Assembly (NCBI GenBank): GCA_001643675.2
Contig: LSRY02000026.1
Span: 372,001 to 436,000 of the forward strand
DNA from: Monocercomonoides exilis PA203
Lineage: Eukaryota; Protista; Preaxostyla
DNA: 64,000 nucleotides
Direction: 5' to 3'
Shown here: piece by piece, positions 24,728 to 37,299 of the stretch
Position numbering within the stretch: the stretch's first letter is position 1
Layout: each line of letters opens with the position of its first letter
Position numbers and translations under genes: made by a program
The notes under the pieces: model-generated
Database searches by the model: none
What the model was told of the DNA's origin: nothing
The model's input: the letters and a program-made list of their open reading frames with translations, nothing else

Positions 24728-25786
24728 ATGTTCACAAAAACACCTTTTTGCGAACTCAAAGATATATTTTCTGATGAAATGGGTGCTTGGAAATGGTATT
24801 TCGAAAATGTGCTGGAAGGAGAAGCTCCTGAATGCAGACATGATAAATGCAAAATGATATTCACATCTTGAGACAAATATCACAAACATTGGAGATGTCG
24901 AAAATGTGGCAAGAAACTATCAACTTTTTAAAATACATCTTTGGAAAATTCTAAAATACCACTGAGAAAGTTTTTGATGATTGTTTCGTATAACCACATT
25001 GGTATATCAGCCGCACACATTGGTGAACTGCTTGGAATAAGTGAAAACACAATTCATTATTGGACGAGTGTTATTCGAGTCAGATGCACATCTATTTGGA
25101 ACAAAAATCAAGCTGTCATTGGAGGGCCGGGAAGAATTGTGAAAATCGACGAAGCTGTTTGGAGGCGCAGAAAGGATGGGCGAGGGAAAAAGAAGAGATA
25201 AATTTGGATATTTGGAGCTGTGGAAAGGAAACCAGAGGGAGGTGCGTGGAAGAACTTTGTGATGATTGTACCAAATAGGAAGGCTGAGACATTGGTTCCA
25301 ATAATCCGAGACAAAATTCTTCCTGGAACTCGGATTATGAGCGATGAATGGAAGGCTTGAGCTAGATTGAAGGATTATGATTACGCTCATGATACTGTCT
25401 GTCACAAGCGAGAATTCAAAAACAAAATTACACATACAAGCACAAACACTGTCGAAGGTCTGTGGATGAATTTACGGAAATTCTTCTAAAAAACAGGATG
25501 CAGAGAAAAGTGTCTTGGTGACAATTTATCTATGTGGCTGGTCAGAAGAAACTTACAAATACAATTTGAGGATCTAATAAAGAAAATCGTCTTCGATTTA
25601 ACGGAAAAAGAAAACGAATTGGAAGAATCTGAAAGTGAAGAAAGTGACTCGACAGAATCAGAGCTAGAATCTGATATATTAGATGAAAATGACATTCTTC
25701 AATTGACAGAATTTGAAGAATCAGATTCCCTTGGAGCAGGATACTGTGCAAGTGCATCAGAATTTGATCCCATGGAAGTTGATTAA
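24728..25786 (+). pseudogene. Merlin/IS1595 (ISXO2-like) DDE transposase with 4 in-frame stops
   Basis: Zn ribbon (C..C...WRCRKC), HTH, IGGPGRIVKIDEA, WIFGAVER, IMSDEWKA, TNTVEGLW. One frame throughout; acidic tail. Probable right TIR at 25954-25978. Confidence 0.9.
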
Positions 25787-26780
25787 TTATTTTTTATGAA
25801 AATTTTCGATTTTTGAAACTCATTCACCCATTTTTCCTTAATATTTTGATATTTTGTTTTTGACTATTATTACAACTTCCGCACATTTTCATCAAGAGAA
25901 AACATGATATCGATAATTAATATTACTCATATATTTATTTCACAGAAATGGGTCATTCCCATATTATGCGGTCTATCCAAGACTTATTTAAATGTATCGA
26001 TGAAATGTCTGATGAAAAATATTTTGTGAAAATCCACATGACTGTTTATAGTCTACGAATTCATCTGAGTGGAAGGTTTACCGAGATGCAGTTTACTCAA
26101 TTACAGAGAAAAGAGACAGAAAAGGAAGCAGCAGGGAGGGTGTGTGCACGAGTTAAAAAAAGAATTTTGTTTTCTTCTTCTCCACTCTCCGTCAGTGTTT
26201 GGATCGTCCCTCTCTTCTTCTGCTCTGTCTGCTGAGTCATCTTCTTCTTCTTCTTTTGCCTCATTCATTTCCCGGTCCTTCTTCATCGTCTCGTCCTCTG
26301 ATAATGCTGCTGTTAGCATCAGGTGGGCATTGGAAGTTGCATCATTCTCTTCTCTTCCTCCTCATTCTCTTCTTCTAATCCATCTTTTTCTCTCTCCTCC
26401 TTCCTGACCACCTTATACCTTCAACGCTTTCTGCACATCTCTTCTTTAACTGGATTAGGAGCTCTCCAAAAGAGAAGAAGAAGTAGTAGTAGAAATTGTG
26501 AAAATTGCAACAAAGAAAATGAAGAAAATTGGAAAAACAAGAAAATGAAGAATTTTATTGTTATTTGGCTGAAATCGAAGAGTTTGTTGAGAGGAAGAGT
26601 GGAAAAGTTGAGAATGAGAGAGAGTGAGAAAAACAAAGAATGAAAATAATTATAACTTGACTTCCAATTCAAAACTTCTTCCTTTTTGCTTTTCACAAAC
26701 AAGCAATCCTCACGCTTTATCATCATCATCTTCTTCTTCTGCTTCCAGTTCTTCTCAGTTGTTTTTATTTTCGCTACCTT

Positions 26781-27720
26781 TTATTGTACTTTCTTCAAAC
26801 TGTACATCCCACAATTCACATTCAGACATAATGTTTTCTCCAGCCCACAATATTTCTCTTCCACTCCAGATGTTCCATCCACAAACACCAAGTCAGAAAA
26901 GAATTCATCAAAAAATATAAACAAATCGACATCCCAATCACCGAATGCTTCTGTTCTATCATGTGCAACAGCCGAGTTGTCTTTCTGAGTGATGCCTTTT
27001 ATGAAGACGAACAAGGGCTCTTTCACAGAAGCGACAAATGATTGGCACACAAAATACACATCTCTTCCGACACTCGCCTTGTTAACTGAAAACACAATAT
27101 TAATAATGAAAAAGGAGGATTCTGACACTTCCGAATCATCCTTGAACTCGATCATGAGAGCACCGCCTCTTCCTCCAGAACTTGTATCCTCGCTCACAGA
27201 GCAGATGGAGAAGGTGCTACTGCTCACTGAAAAGGAGTTGGCAGGGGCAGATGAGGCGAATGAGATGCACCCGCCATTGGTGGCAGTTTGTTGGTTTTGT
27301 GGAGCTGAGTTGATACTGGTGATGGTGTCGTTTGCAAGGAAAAGCGAGATGGCATGGAAAGTGGCAATTAATGAAGAAATAAAAGCAGAAAGAAGAGAAA
27401 GTGCAGGATGAGTGGAATGAATTCCTTTTGCATTAAAGGATCGATAGAGGGTGTATCCAGAATGAGAATGTGAAAGAAACAATAATGGAGTATTTTGGAT
27501 GAAGAACTAAGGGGATGGAAAGAGAAGTCTATAAGTGATAAGATCAGGAGAAGAGAGAGAAATAGATAAAGAATTTGAATCAGTTGTTATTCTTGGAAAT
27601 ATTTCCTTTTCCACAGTTCTATCTTTTGTTTTGCTGTTGAAGCTGAAGAACCAAACTGGAATGATGATTTTGTGATGTAAAAGCCAAAGAAACTAAAGAT
27701 AACAAACTATTGTCATTATT
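26781..27720 (-). pseudogene. Surface-protein family gene fragment (GG-rich beta-helix type)
   Basis: NGGCI...GRGGAL...ASVGRDVYFVC. Hydrophobic N-terminus near 27660-27715. Paralog of 35224-35560. Confidence 0.6.
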
Positions 27721-28459
27721 TGAAAATCATAAAAATAATAATTTTAATAAAATTCCAAACTTTTCCAATGTTTTTTGTTTTTATTTTCCAATTATGAGTA
27801 TTGTAAAGTTAGTCTTGAAACTTTTATTTTCTTTCAGAAGTTTTATTTATTTGTTTGAAGTTTATTTTTTTATAACTTGATCAAAAAAATCTTTATCACC
27901 AAAAACATTAAAAAGGTATGTCTTTTTGGGGGAAAAAGTCAAACAAATATAAATCATAGAAACAAAAGCTAAATACTTGTAATAAATCAATTTACCACTT
28001 TGATCAATAAATACCACTATAGATTTTATTTTTTCTATTTTTAAACATTTTTTGATGTTGTTAATAATTAACAATTAATATGTGTTATTATTTTTGAAAT
28101 CGTAACTTTTCTTCTGAGTGTTAATACTTCAAAGGTTTTTTTTTGAAGAGGAATTATTCATTTAAAAGAAAAAAATAACCCTGGATGACGTACTGACCAT
28201 TGACGTGGACTTTTCTATTCCTGACTGAAGTGAAAATATTTTCACGTCAGTCAGGAATCTTTGTGAAATTGAATTTTGATTCTGAAATTAAAAACATTAA
28301 TAATAAAGGATTCTTTTTTCAGTGAGCTTGTTTTATCATTTTTTTTTTATTTTTTTCTCAAATCAAAAATACCATAATGTGATTTTCACTGACGAAATGG
28401 TCAAGATCGGAATTTTGAAACTTATTTGACATCAGTGACGTCACGTCAGGTCACTCAAA

Positions 28460-31452
28460 ATGTTGGGGTTAGATGAAGATCAGGAACAAGAAAAATTACC
28501 GAAGGAATTGCTTGGATGTTTAAGTAATGCTTTTGTTGTATGTTCCATTTCCATTTTAATTCTTTAAAAAAACAAAATGTTTTTTTATTAAAGAAAGATA
28601 TGTTCGAAAAAACAAGAAAGAAGTTGAATGATGCAGGCTGTCAATTTGTGAAATTACAAAAGCACTGAAAAACAAAATACGGACCAGGTTTTTGAACTTT
28701 TTTTAACTTTAATATTTTTTATTTTTTTGTAATTTTTCTTTATGGAAAGTGAATGATCATCCTCGAAAAAAAAATGAATATCTTTCTTGAATTTCGTTTG
28801 AAGTCATCGGAGAATCATAATGGATTTCTTTCACTCTGGTTGATGAAAACGGTGTACCAAAAAAAGATTGTCATAGGAACTATCTATGTCCAAATGCAAA
28901 GGATGGATTTGCTTGTGGAATATCAGGGAGAAGAAGTTACTCGTTGGTGGTGAACCACAACTGTGAATTACTAAAATACAGAAATATTGCACGATAGAGA
29001 AAGATTCCAGATCAGAAATCATCTTTCAATGAAACTGGATTTTTCCCTAAAATTGATGGCACTTTTGATGCACAAGAATTACAAAAATAGTTTACATCTT
29101 TGATGTGTCGATGCAATTCATCATTTTTATCGTCGTCTTCAAAAGAAATGAACACATTTATTTCTTCATTAATTAGAGCTGGACAAAGAAACCCATCACT
29201 ATCATCGGAATCAATATTTCCATATTTGACAAACAAGAAAATCGCACACATGGTTCTTATGGAAAAATCCAAAGTTGTGAAGGAAAAAGAATCGATAATA
29301 CGGAACAGTGGGGTGTGTGTAATGCTTGATGGAGCTTTAGTCTCCAATAGAAAGATCATTGTGATGACAGTTTCTAAATTATCCGTTGAAAGCACTCCAC
29401 TATTTTGGGGACTATTTCAACCTTGTGGAACTGTCAACGAGTTCAATATCCTTATTAATAACCTGAAAAAAGAATTCTGCAAATTTAACACAATTATCAG
29501 AAGTTTTTGTACAGATGGCTTTTCTTCTCAAATTCGAGCTATCGAGAATTTCACAAGTCAGGAAAGCAATGCAAATTCAATTGAAAAAAAACATCAGAGT
29601 TTTATTCCTTTTCATATTTACTGCTGCAATCACTTGACAAATTTGGTTATCACAAATTTATTCACAAAAGTTCCATTTCTATTTGATCTCAAAACAAGAA
29701 TGCTAAATTTTACTCAAAAAGCCCATACTCAGCCAATAAAAAACATTCTCAATAAACACGCCCCAACATTTATCACAACAAGATGGAATTCATTGTTCGA
29801 AATATCTTTGTTCATCAGAAAAAAAAAAAATAAAACAATTCAAAAGGAACATTTAACAGACATGGATAGCCTTGTGGATATCATCAAAGCAAAAATGTTC
29901 TCATTCCCTTTTCATTCACTTCATATGAATTTCGAAAATGACAATATCAAATTAAGTCAAGATTTCCCTATTTTATTAAGATCTTTTGAGTTTTATTCCA
30001 TATTTTGAAACTGGTTCAGTTTAAAGAAGAAAAATGGAGAAACTCTATTGTGAACTTGCTTATATTGATGCATAATTATTTTTTAGTAGGAACACGTGGT
30101 AAATATATAGCGCTTTCGTATGCTCTGACACCAATTGGCATTCAGTTGGTTCTAATACATAGCTTTCCTCTCAGAAACTTTTCAATTCCATCTTTCTTTG
30201 CAAAAGAAACTGAAACCTCTAGTAAATCCTCTTCAACAAAATCTTCAGACTTTAGACACATGACTTCATCATTATTTCATCCTTTGCCTTATCCTGTTGA
30301 CTTAAATGCAAATGAGTTTTTTTTAATTATTTATTTAAATTTCTTAAAATTTTGTTTTTGATATTTGTTGTGGATTATTTGAAACATAGGATGGATAATG
30401 AACCCCAGTCCCAAGATGCATTTCAAGATAAATCAAAAAGTCAATCAGGTTTGATATTATTCATATTAATTTATTTGTTGCATTGAATGCTTATGCAAAT
30501 TTATATGTCTCTTGAAGAAAAAAATGAATTGAATGACATCCTTTTGTTAATACAGCAACTGTAAGAAACTGATCAAGAAACATATGGAAAGAGAAACGAA
30601 AAGAAACTTGTCATTGGAGAAGAAGATGATGAAAGCGACGAATATGGATAATTAGAAGCGGAAAAAAATTCAGTTAACGATATGTATGATTTTTTATTTG
30701 AACAACAAATCCCAAGTCAAACTCAAATCCAGGAAGATAATGAAATATCCACAACGTCTGAAATTTCTTCAAACTCAAACAATTCAAATTCTTCGACACC
30801 AACACTTGTGGATCCGAATTTAAATTCTTCAGTGAGTGTTTGTTCACAGGTAACAATGAATGAATCACAAAGAGAACTGATGGATATTGATGGAGTCCTT
30901 GAAGATAATCAGAAAAATGAAACAACATGTTTGGAAGATGACATTCACGGTCACTATCATTGTTCTTTTGAAGGACATCAGTTAGAATTAGAAGGAGAAG
31001 GTGATTTTGATATTGAAGAATTATTTTCGACTGGCAAATTACCTATTATTACAGAATTCAATGAAGAAAAAGAAACACAAAGCATGAAACAGATAGAGAA
31101 CACGTTGTTTGTTGATTGGTTTCCGAGGCTTGATGCATATTTTTCGAAATATGCGAAAAAAGTTCTTAAGGACATGGAAAAGGAATACTCAGAAGGTTGC
31201 AAGCTGTTGTTTGAAAGGCAGATGAGATCAAAGCATGATGATATATTTGAAAATAACCCCGAAATTTATTACCAAGTGTTGGCAGCATATAGAAATATTC
31301 AAACAGTTTATTCTGGATTGCGCCTTTCGTTAATTGTTTCCCCCTGCAGTGAAGCCAGCTGTGAACGAGTTATTTCCAGAACTGAAAACATAATCGGAGA
31401 TCAAAGATATTCTTTTTACATACAAACACTTGAAGCAATCCTTCACATTTGA
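28460..31452 (+). pseudogene. hAT transposase (intron-containing, disrupted)
   Basis: VMLDG, FCTDG, CCNHLTNL (CxxH), TRWNS, and C-terminal PCSEASCERVIS dimerisation motif. Frameshift near 30005. Confidence 0.88.
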
Positions 31453-32699
31453 AATATTTTCGTTAAGTATCATTTCTGCCACATTTTAATTCGATTTTTT
31501 CTTCGAACAAAGCTTTTTATTTATCATCCATTCCATTGTTCTTTAAAAACGTTTTTTTTTTGAAACATAAAAAATATTAATAAGTTTGCATTGACCACAG
31601 AAAACGAAAGAATGACGAACTGAACCGAAAATCAAAATGGAATGAAAAGAAAAACGTTTGATTTTGATGTTGTTGGTTGACTATAAATTTTCGAGTTGGA
31701 AACGACTCCGATCAAAAGGAAAAATGCGCAATTGTGATTCTTCCAGAGAATAAACATAAAGAAAAAATGAGAAAGAGAATGTATGTTTGAAATTTTTTTC
31801 CATTTTGCTTTGTTCTCGGAATCCATAAGCTTGATTTCTTCTTTGCAGTACATAAGAAATGAGGTTATGTGATTTTTCTTTTGAAACTGTTGCATTTCGA
31901 AAAATTGTTCCGATGGTGATCATTTCTTTTCATTTTCTAAGTGCGTTCAAGAAAGAATTCCCCAATGAAAAGGAACCAGAAAGGAAAAAGATGAACTCAG
32001 AACTACGTTTAAAGATAGAATAGAAAAGAATAGATTTAAAGTTGAATTGTTTAAAGTGACGAAAGAGAAAAATAAAAAAGAAAAGAATGATGAAAAGTTC
32101 AATTAAGTTTTTGTTGTTTTTAATAGATGAGAGACATACCAGGAGCAAAAGGAAAAACGTTAGTAATAAATTCCAACATGTATTTCTCTTGCTTTGTTTT
32201 TTCTCGCACAATTTTTATTTTATTAATAACGAGAACTGAATTCATAGTATATTTTGACAAACAAGTGAGGAAACTCGATGACCGCCAGGTTACTGAAAGG
32301 ATCATGAAAGACACTATATTTTTACGATGGATTAATAAACGATCATTTGTTTTTTCATGAAAGTGATTTACAAAAAAGATGATAGATGATAGACTTTGAG
32401 CTTATAAACGAGGAGAATGATAAAAAACTTTTTATTTATTTATTATTTATGTATCATTATTCATATTAACAAAATGAAGGAAAATAAATATTATCTTTGT
32501 TAAAAAAGAGACACAAATATGAATAGTATTGCGACATGATCTTTAAAAGAAAAAAAAGACTGTGAGAAGACATAGATAAAGATAAACAATATTCAACAAA
32601 TCTCATTTATTTAAATATTCAATGAATAATTTCCGTAATATTCAGAAAGTGAATAATAAAAAGAAAACTGTAAAAATCTGAGTTTCACGAAACCTTGTG

Positions 32700-34030
32700 A
32701 TAGCATAAATGAATCCTTCTGATACCATCTTTTTCTATCACTTCCTTTACCACTCTTTTTTCCCTTCTTCTATTTCATCTTTCCCCTCTTCTTTCAATCG
32801 TCTTGAAGAGTTTTTGATTAAATAACAAGCTTTGAAATTTCAATCCATTTATCGATGTTGATTGCTGAATCTCCTCAAAAATAATATCGACGGACTCACT
32901 TTCCAGCAATTCAACAACCTTCACAGCTCTTTTGTATGTTTATTTTTAAAAATGCATAAAAGCAATTCTCTTTGAAATCTTTATGGTTATCCCTCGATTC
33001 TCGAAACACACTTAAAATAATGCCAAAATGCCCAACAAATAATTCGTTTTACAAATTGCAATGGATTAAGTGCAAAAGCAACATATTTTCCAATCTCTTA
33101 AAAGAAATCTCCTCATCAGTTTTCTGTCTCTTTCCTTCTATATTTCATTTCAGCTCCTCCAATTCTCTTGCTGATTCTCTTGCAAAATGCAGCTTGTTCA
33201 CGATGCCTTTTTCCAAGCTTCCATCAGCATTCAATCTGAACACCAAAAAGTTCCAAGCACACTGACAGGCGAGTTGTGTCAGGTTGTGATGTTTCTGATG
33301 GTATTTGATGATTTCTTTAATTTCCTTTATGTACAGCTTTTGTTGAATTTTCTATTAGAAAAAGAAAAGAAAAATATCAGTAAATGAAGCAAAAACAACT
33401 CAATAAATTAATCAATTTGCAGATCATACTCTCCGCTGCGAATTGTTACTCAGTTCCAACAAAGTCATTTCCACTTCTTTCTGAGTCTCCTCGCTTAAAT
33501 CTTTCTTCAAGGCAGCTTTTTGAATGAAAGGCACACTTATTGATATAAATTTGGAATTGAATTTGTTGTTAAGCAAAAGACAGCAATCTCACAGATCAAT
33601 CAAAAGCTTTTCGTCCTTTTCTTTCTTTTTTCTTCTTCACCAATGATCATCTCCTTAAATTATGCTTTCAACATAGAAAAATCAAATCATTCATTCCAAA
33701 ACTTTTTCAACATTCTGCAATATCCCAAACGCTTCAACATCCAAGAAGCATTTCCCTGCGAAAGTTTCTCTTCTTCTATCATTTTATTCAAATTGTCGAA
33801 CAGATAGGTTGAGTAAATTGATTCCAATTCTTTTTAATTATTTCACAATTATTTCATTTATTACTTCGGTTTTCTGAAAATGATCTTCATCATCGCAATC
33901 TTCCCGTTCAAAAAGCATTTCTGCAATAAAAATAAAAATGGAGATTTCAACGAATAAAAAATTAAAAATATCAACAACGTCACACAGCAAAATTATCATG
34001 TGGTGTTCAATTTCCGAGCTTTCACGATAA
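32700..34030 (-). pseudogene. Member of a large expanded hypothetical-protein family, located inside the hAT element
   Basis: Minus-strand peptides KAALKKDLSEETQKEVEMTLLELSN and YHQKHHNLTQLACQCAW, recognised as the Monocercomonoides-type expanded family. Many stops. Confidence 0.65.
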
Positions 34031-35223
34031 CATAACAAATTGAAGACAACTCAACTATCATTTATTTTATTGAACAAAAAAAAGTTGAAAGATATGTTTT
34101 GAAATAATACAATCAAAAATTATCGATGATCATACCAATGTTCATTCATTCCATCGAGATTTTGCGTCTTTTTTAGAATGGTACAAAATAATGATTTGAT
34201 TTGTTTTAAATAACTAATTTTGATGGGATATATTGATCAAACGACAACTTTCAAAAACATGTCAAATGAATCCTTTTATATATATTTTTATTTCTATTGC
34301 TTTTGAAATAATCACCGTTATTTTTTTTTTTTTTGTGAGGTGGAAAACTAGTGACGGATTTGACAAACTATTTTCTTCACGTCATCCAGGCTTAGAAAAA
34401 AACATGATAATTGTTCAAAATAACCAAGTTTGAGAAAGTATACATGTGTAATTTTTTTTGATTTCATAAAAAAGATCAAAAATCAATAAAAAAATTCTAT
34501 TGTGGTTTCATTGATCATAAAATAAAAATTGATTTTTCAGAAGCATTTATCATTAATTACTGTGATATATGTGTGTTTAAATAATTTATACAAAAATACA
34601 TATCAATTTTTATGTTTAAAGAAAAAAAGAATTTTTTTTATTAAGTCTCAAAAAAAGAAAAGAAAAGAAAAATAAATCTTTAAAAGGAAAATATAAAGTT
34701 CAAAAACTTGTTTTACAACAGAAATACTTAAAAACATTATTAATGAAGATTGGAGAAGATTGCAAAATGGATAAAAAACTTGTTATCTTTTTAATGGATG
34801 ACAAAGGTTTGTTTTCTTCCAGCTCTTTAGCGAAAACTGTTCCGTCAAATCTCCGTTCCAGCTGTAAAGCTCATAAGCTTCAGCGAACGGAGAATGGAAT
34901 GAACAGGAGATAAAAATTATGAATAAGGAAGATTCAATCTTATCTTTTCTCTCTATGTTCTTCATATGAAATGCCCTCCCTGCTTCCTTCTTTATTTGCC
35001 ACACTTCTTCCTTCTATTTCCAATCTGCTCCTTCCAAATCCTTCGTTCGGAAATTATTGTTGATGATGAAAGCATCTTTCTCGAACTCTTTCTTTTCCTC
35101 TGCTATCTCCTCCGTCAAACTTTCTCTCCTTTGGAATCACCTTCTGCTTCGTGAGAAGCATTTTCTCAGCACAGCATAACCAGCAAATAATCTCTTGTAT
35201 AATGTTTATCATGCACACCAAGT

Positions 35224-35560
35224 TTACAGGTTGCTGCATAAAACTAGTACGGAGGCAACAAGGCGAGTGTCGGAAGAGATATGTATTTTGTGTACAAATC
35301 CCTTGTCGCTTCTGTGAAGGAACCCTTGTTCGCCTTCATGAGAAGCATCACTCAGAAAGACAATTCGGCTGTTGGACATGGCAGAACAGAAGCATTCGGT
35401 GATTGGAATGTCGATTTGTTTATATTTCTCAACGGGCATACAGTTGACAATGAATACGTGGAAAGAATACTTGACATCAAAGCAATGTATTGCGAGTTGG
35501 AAAAGACTCCCTACAAGAGTGCGCACAATGCGACGGGGCTTCTGAAGAAGGTGCAGATCA
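35224..35560 (+). pseudogene. Surface-protein family fragment, paralog of 26781-27090
   Basis: VASVKEPLFAFMRSITQKDNSAVGHGRTEAFGDWNVDLFIF vs VASVKEPLFVFIKGITQKDNSAVAHDRTEAFGDWDVDLFIF. Confidence 0.75.
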
Positions 35561-37299
35561 CAAGGCAGAAATCATTTCATGAGCTTACTTGTCAGTAAAA
35601 ATATGTGCAAAAGAAGGCAAAGTCGAAGAAAGTTGGGGAGATGGCACACAAAATAGAAGAAAACATCTCACATGTGCATTTGATGAAATCACCATATATC
35701 TTCTGTAAATTCTGTTGTTTCATAGAATTTTCCATAAAACATGCCTTTTCAAATAAATAAGGTTCCCTCATCGTTTCACCTTCTCCGACATGTTGAAGGC
35801 GTGTGACGTTGTGTAACCTGCCGAACACTATTTTTGAACTCATTCATTTCATAAAAGAATTGCTCTAATACTCTTTCTTTTTTATCTGCGCCTCTTTCAG
35901 CTTCCAAATAAAAAAAGGCAAAATCGTCCTCCTTTTTTGATTTCGCGCAGACTGATCAGCTTTTTTCAACTCGAAATCACATCTATTGTTATTAAAACTT
36001 GGCTTCATAATGCAATAGAATGAATATACGTTTTGTGCTTCCGAAAAAAAAATGAAAGATGACGATTGGCCCTGAATTCGATAAAAGTTGAATGATATGA
36101 AATAATTTTTTGCTTACTCAGCAGCTCTGCTGAATTGAACAAAACAAACATTTGACTAAGTCGATGCTCCGATCCAATGCCAAATAAGAAGAAACATAAA
36201 AGAAGAAGTTGAAAAAGTGGTTGGAGAGGGCGTTGATGGCAATGATGACGAGGATAAAGAGGGATATTCTGCTTTTAATAAAGTTTATTGCTGAAATGAA
36301 GTGGATGTGACTGAATATATTGATGATGAAGAGGAGACGGTGGTGATAAAAGGCTCGTTGAAAGTGAAAAGTTGAATGAGAAGAGTCTCAAACAAAGATG
36401 AAATATCATGCAGATAAATTGATATTTTCTTTTCTCTTCCTTTTTTTTATTTTCTCATGTTTCTTCTTCTTCTTTTTCTTGTCTTTCAGCTTGCCTCTAC
36501 CAGCTCCTGGATCTTCTTCTGTTCTCCTAAGACCATGTCCTTCACAGTCAGTATTCTTTTCATCTGCTCGTTAATCTCTTCTCAGTCTATCGTGACTTCT
36601 GCTAACTCCGGCTCTGTCAGCTTCTTGATCATCTCTTTGTTCTGGTAATGTTCCTCATTCATCTTGTTTTCCACTTCCAGCAGAACGGCTCCTAACTCTC
36701 TTTCTTTCCACAAGCCTCCCAAACACTCTCTTCTCTCTTTCTTTTTGTACAAATAGGATTTCTTTCTATTCTTTGTTGGTTTGTTTCATTCTTTTTCCAT
36801 TTCTTCTTTTCTGTTATCTCTTTCAGTCTCATCTGCATTTTTATTTGTAGTAGCACTTTCGTTTTCTTTGAATTCAATTTTCTGAACAATCTTTTGTTTT
36901 GTGGGCTACTTCCCAAGATATATCCGCTTTCTGCTTCTTTTTAGTGACCTTTCTCTTCTTCCAATTGAACACTTCTTGCGAGCTCTCTTTCTATCCATCA
37001 AAATTTTCTTTTCTTTCGCCAATGGCTTTCACAGACACAGCTTTCAATCTTTTCTCAAGATGAAACTCATATTTTTCTGTCTCTCTTTCGTCATCTCTAA
37101 TGAAACTTCCTTTTCCCCTTCTCCTCCTCCTTGTTCACTATCTCTTCCTCACCTTCTTCACGGCTTCTTTATAGAAATCCGATCATCTTGTTTCACTTGT
37201 CCATGTCCTCCTCCTTCTTAGCTGCCCCAATGCAAATTGAAGCTAAATCTTCAACTTCTGCGAATAATTCACGAAATGTCATTAATCCAACCCCGTTTC

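Larger units (their letters stand above)
28176..34394 (+). mobile_element. hAT DNA transposon, 6.2 kb, with both ends
   Basis: TIR TAA(C/G)CCTGGATGACGT (16 bp, 1 mismatch). 8-bp TSD GAAAAAAA at 28168-28175 and 34395-34402. Subterminal TGACG repeats at 28186-28448. Confidence 0.88.
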
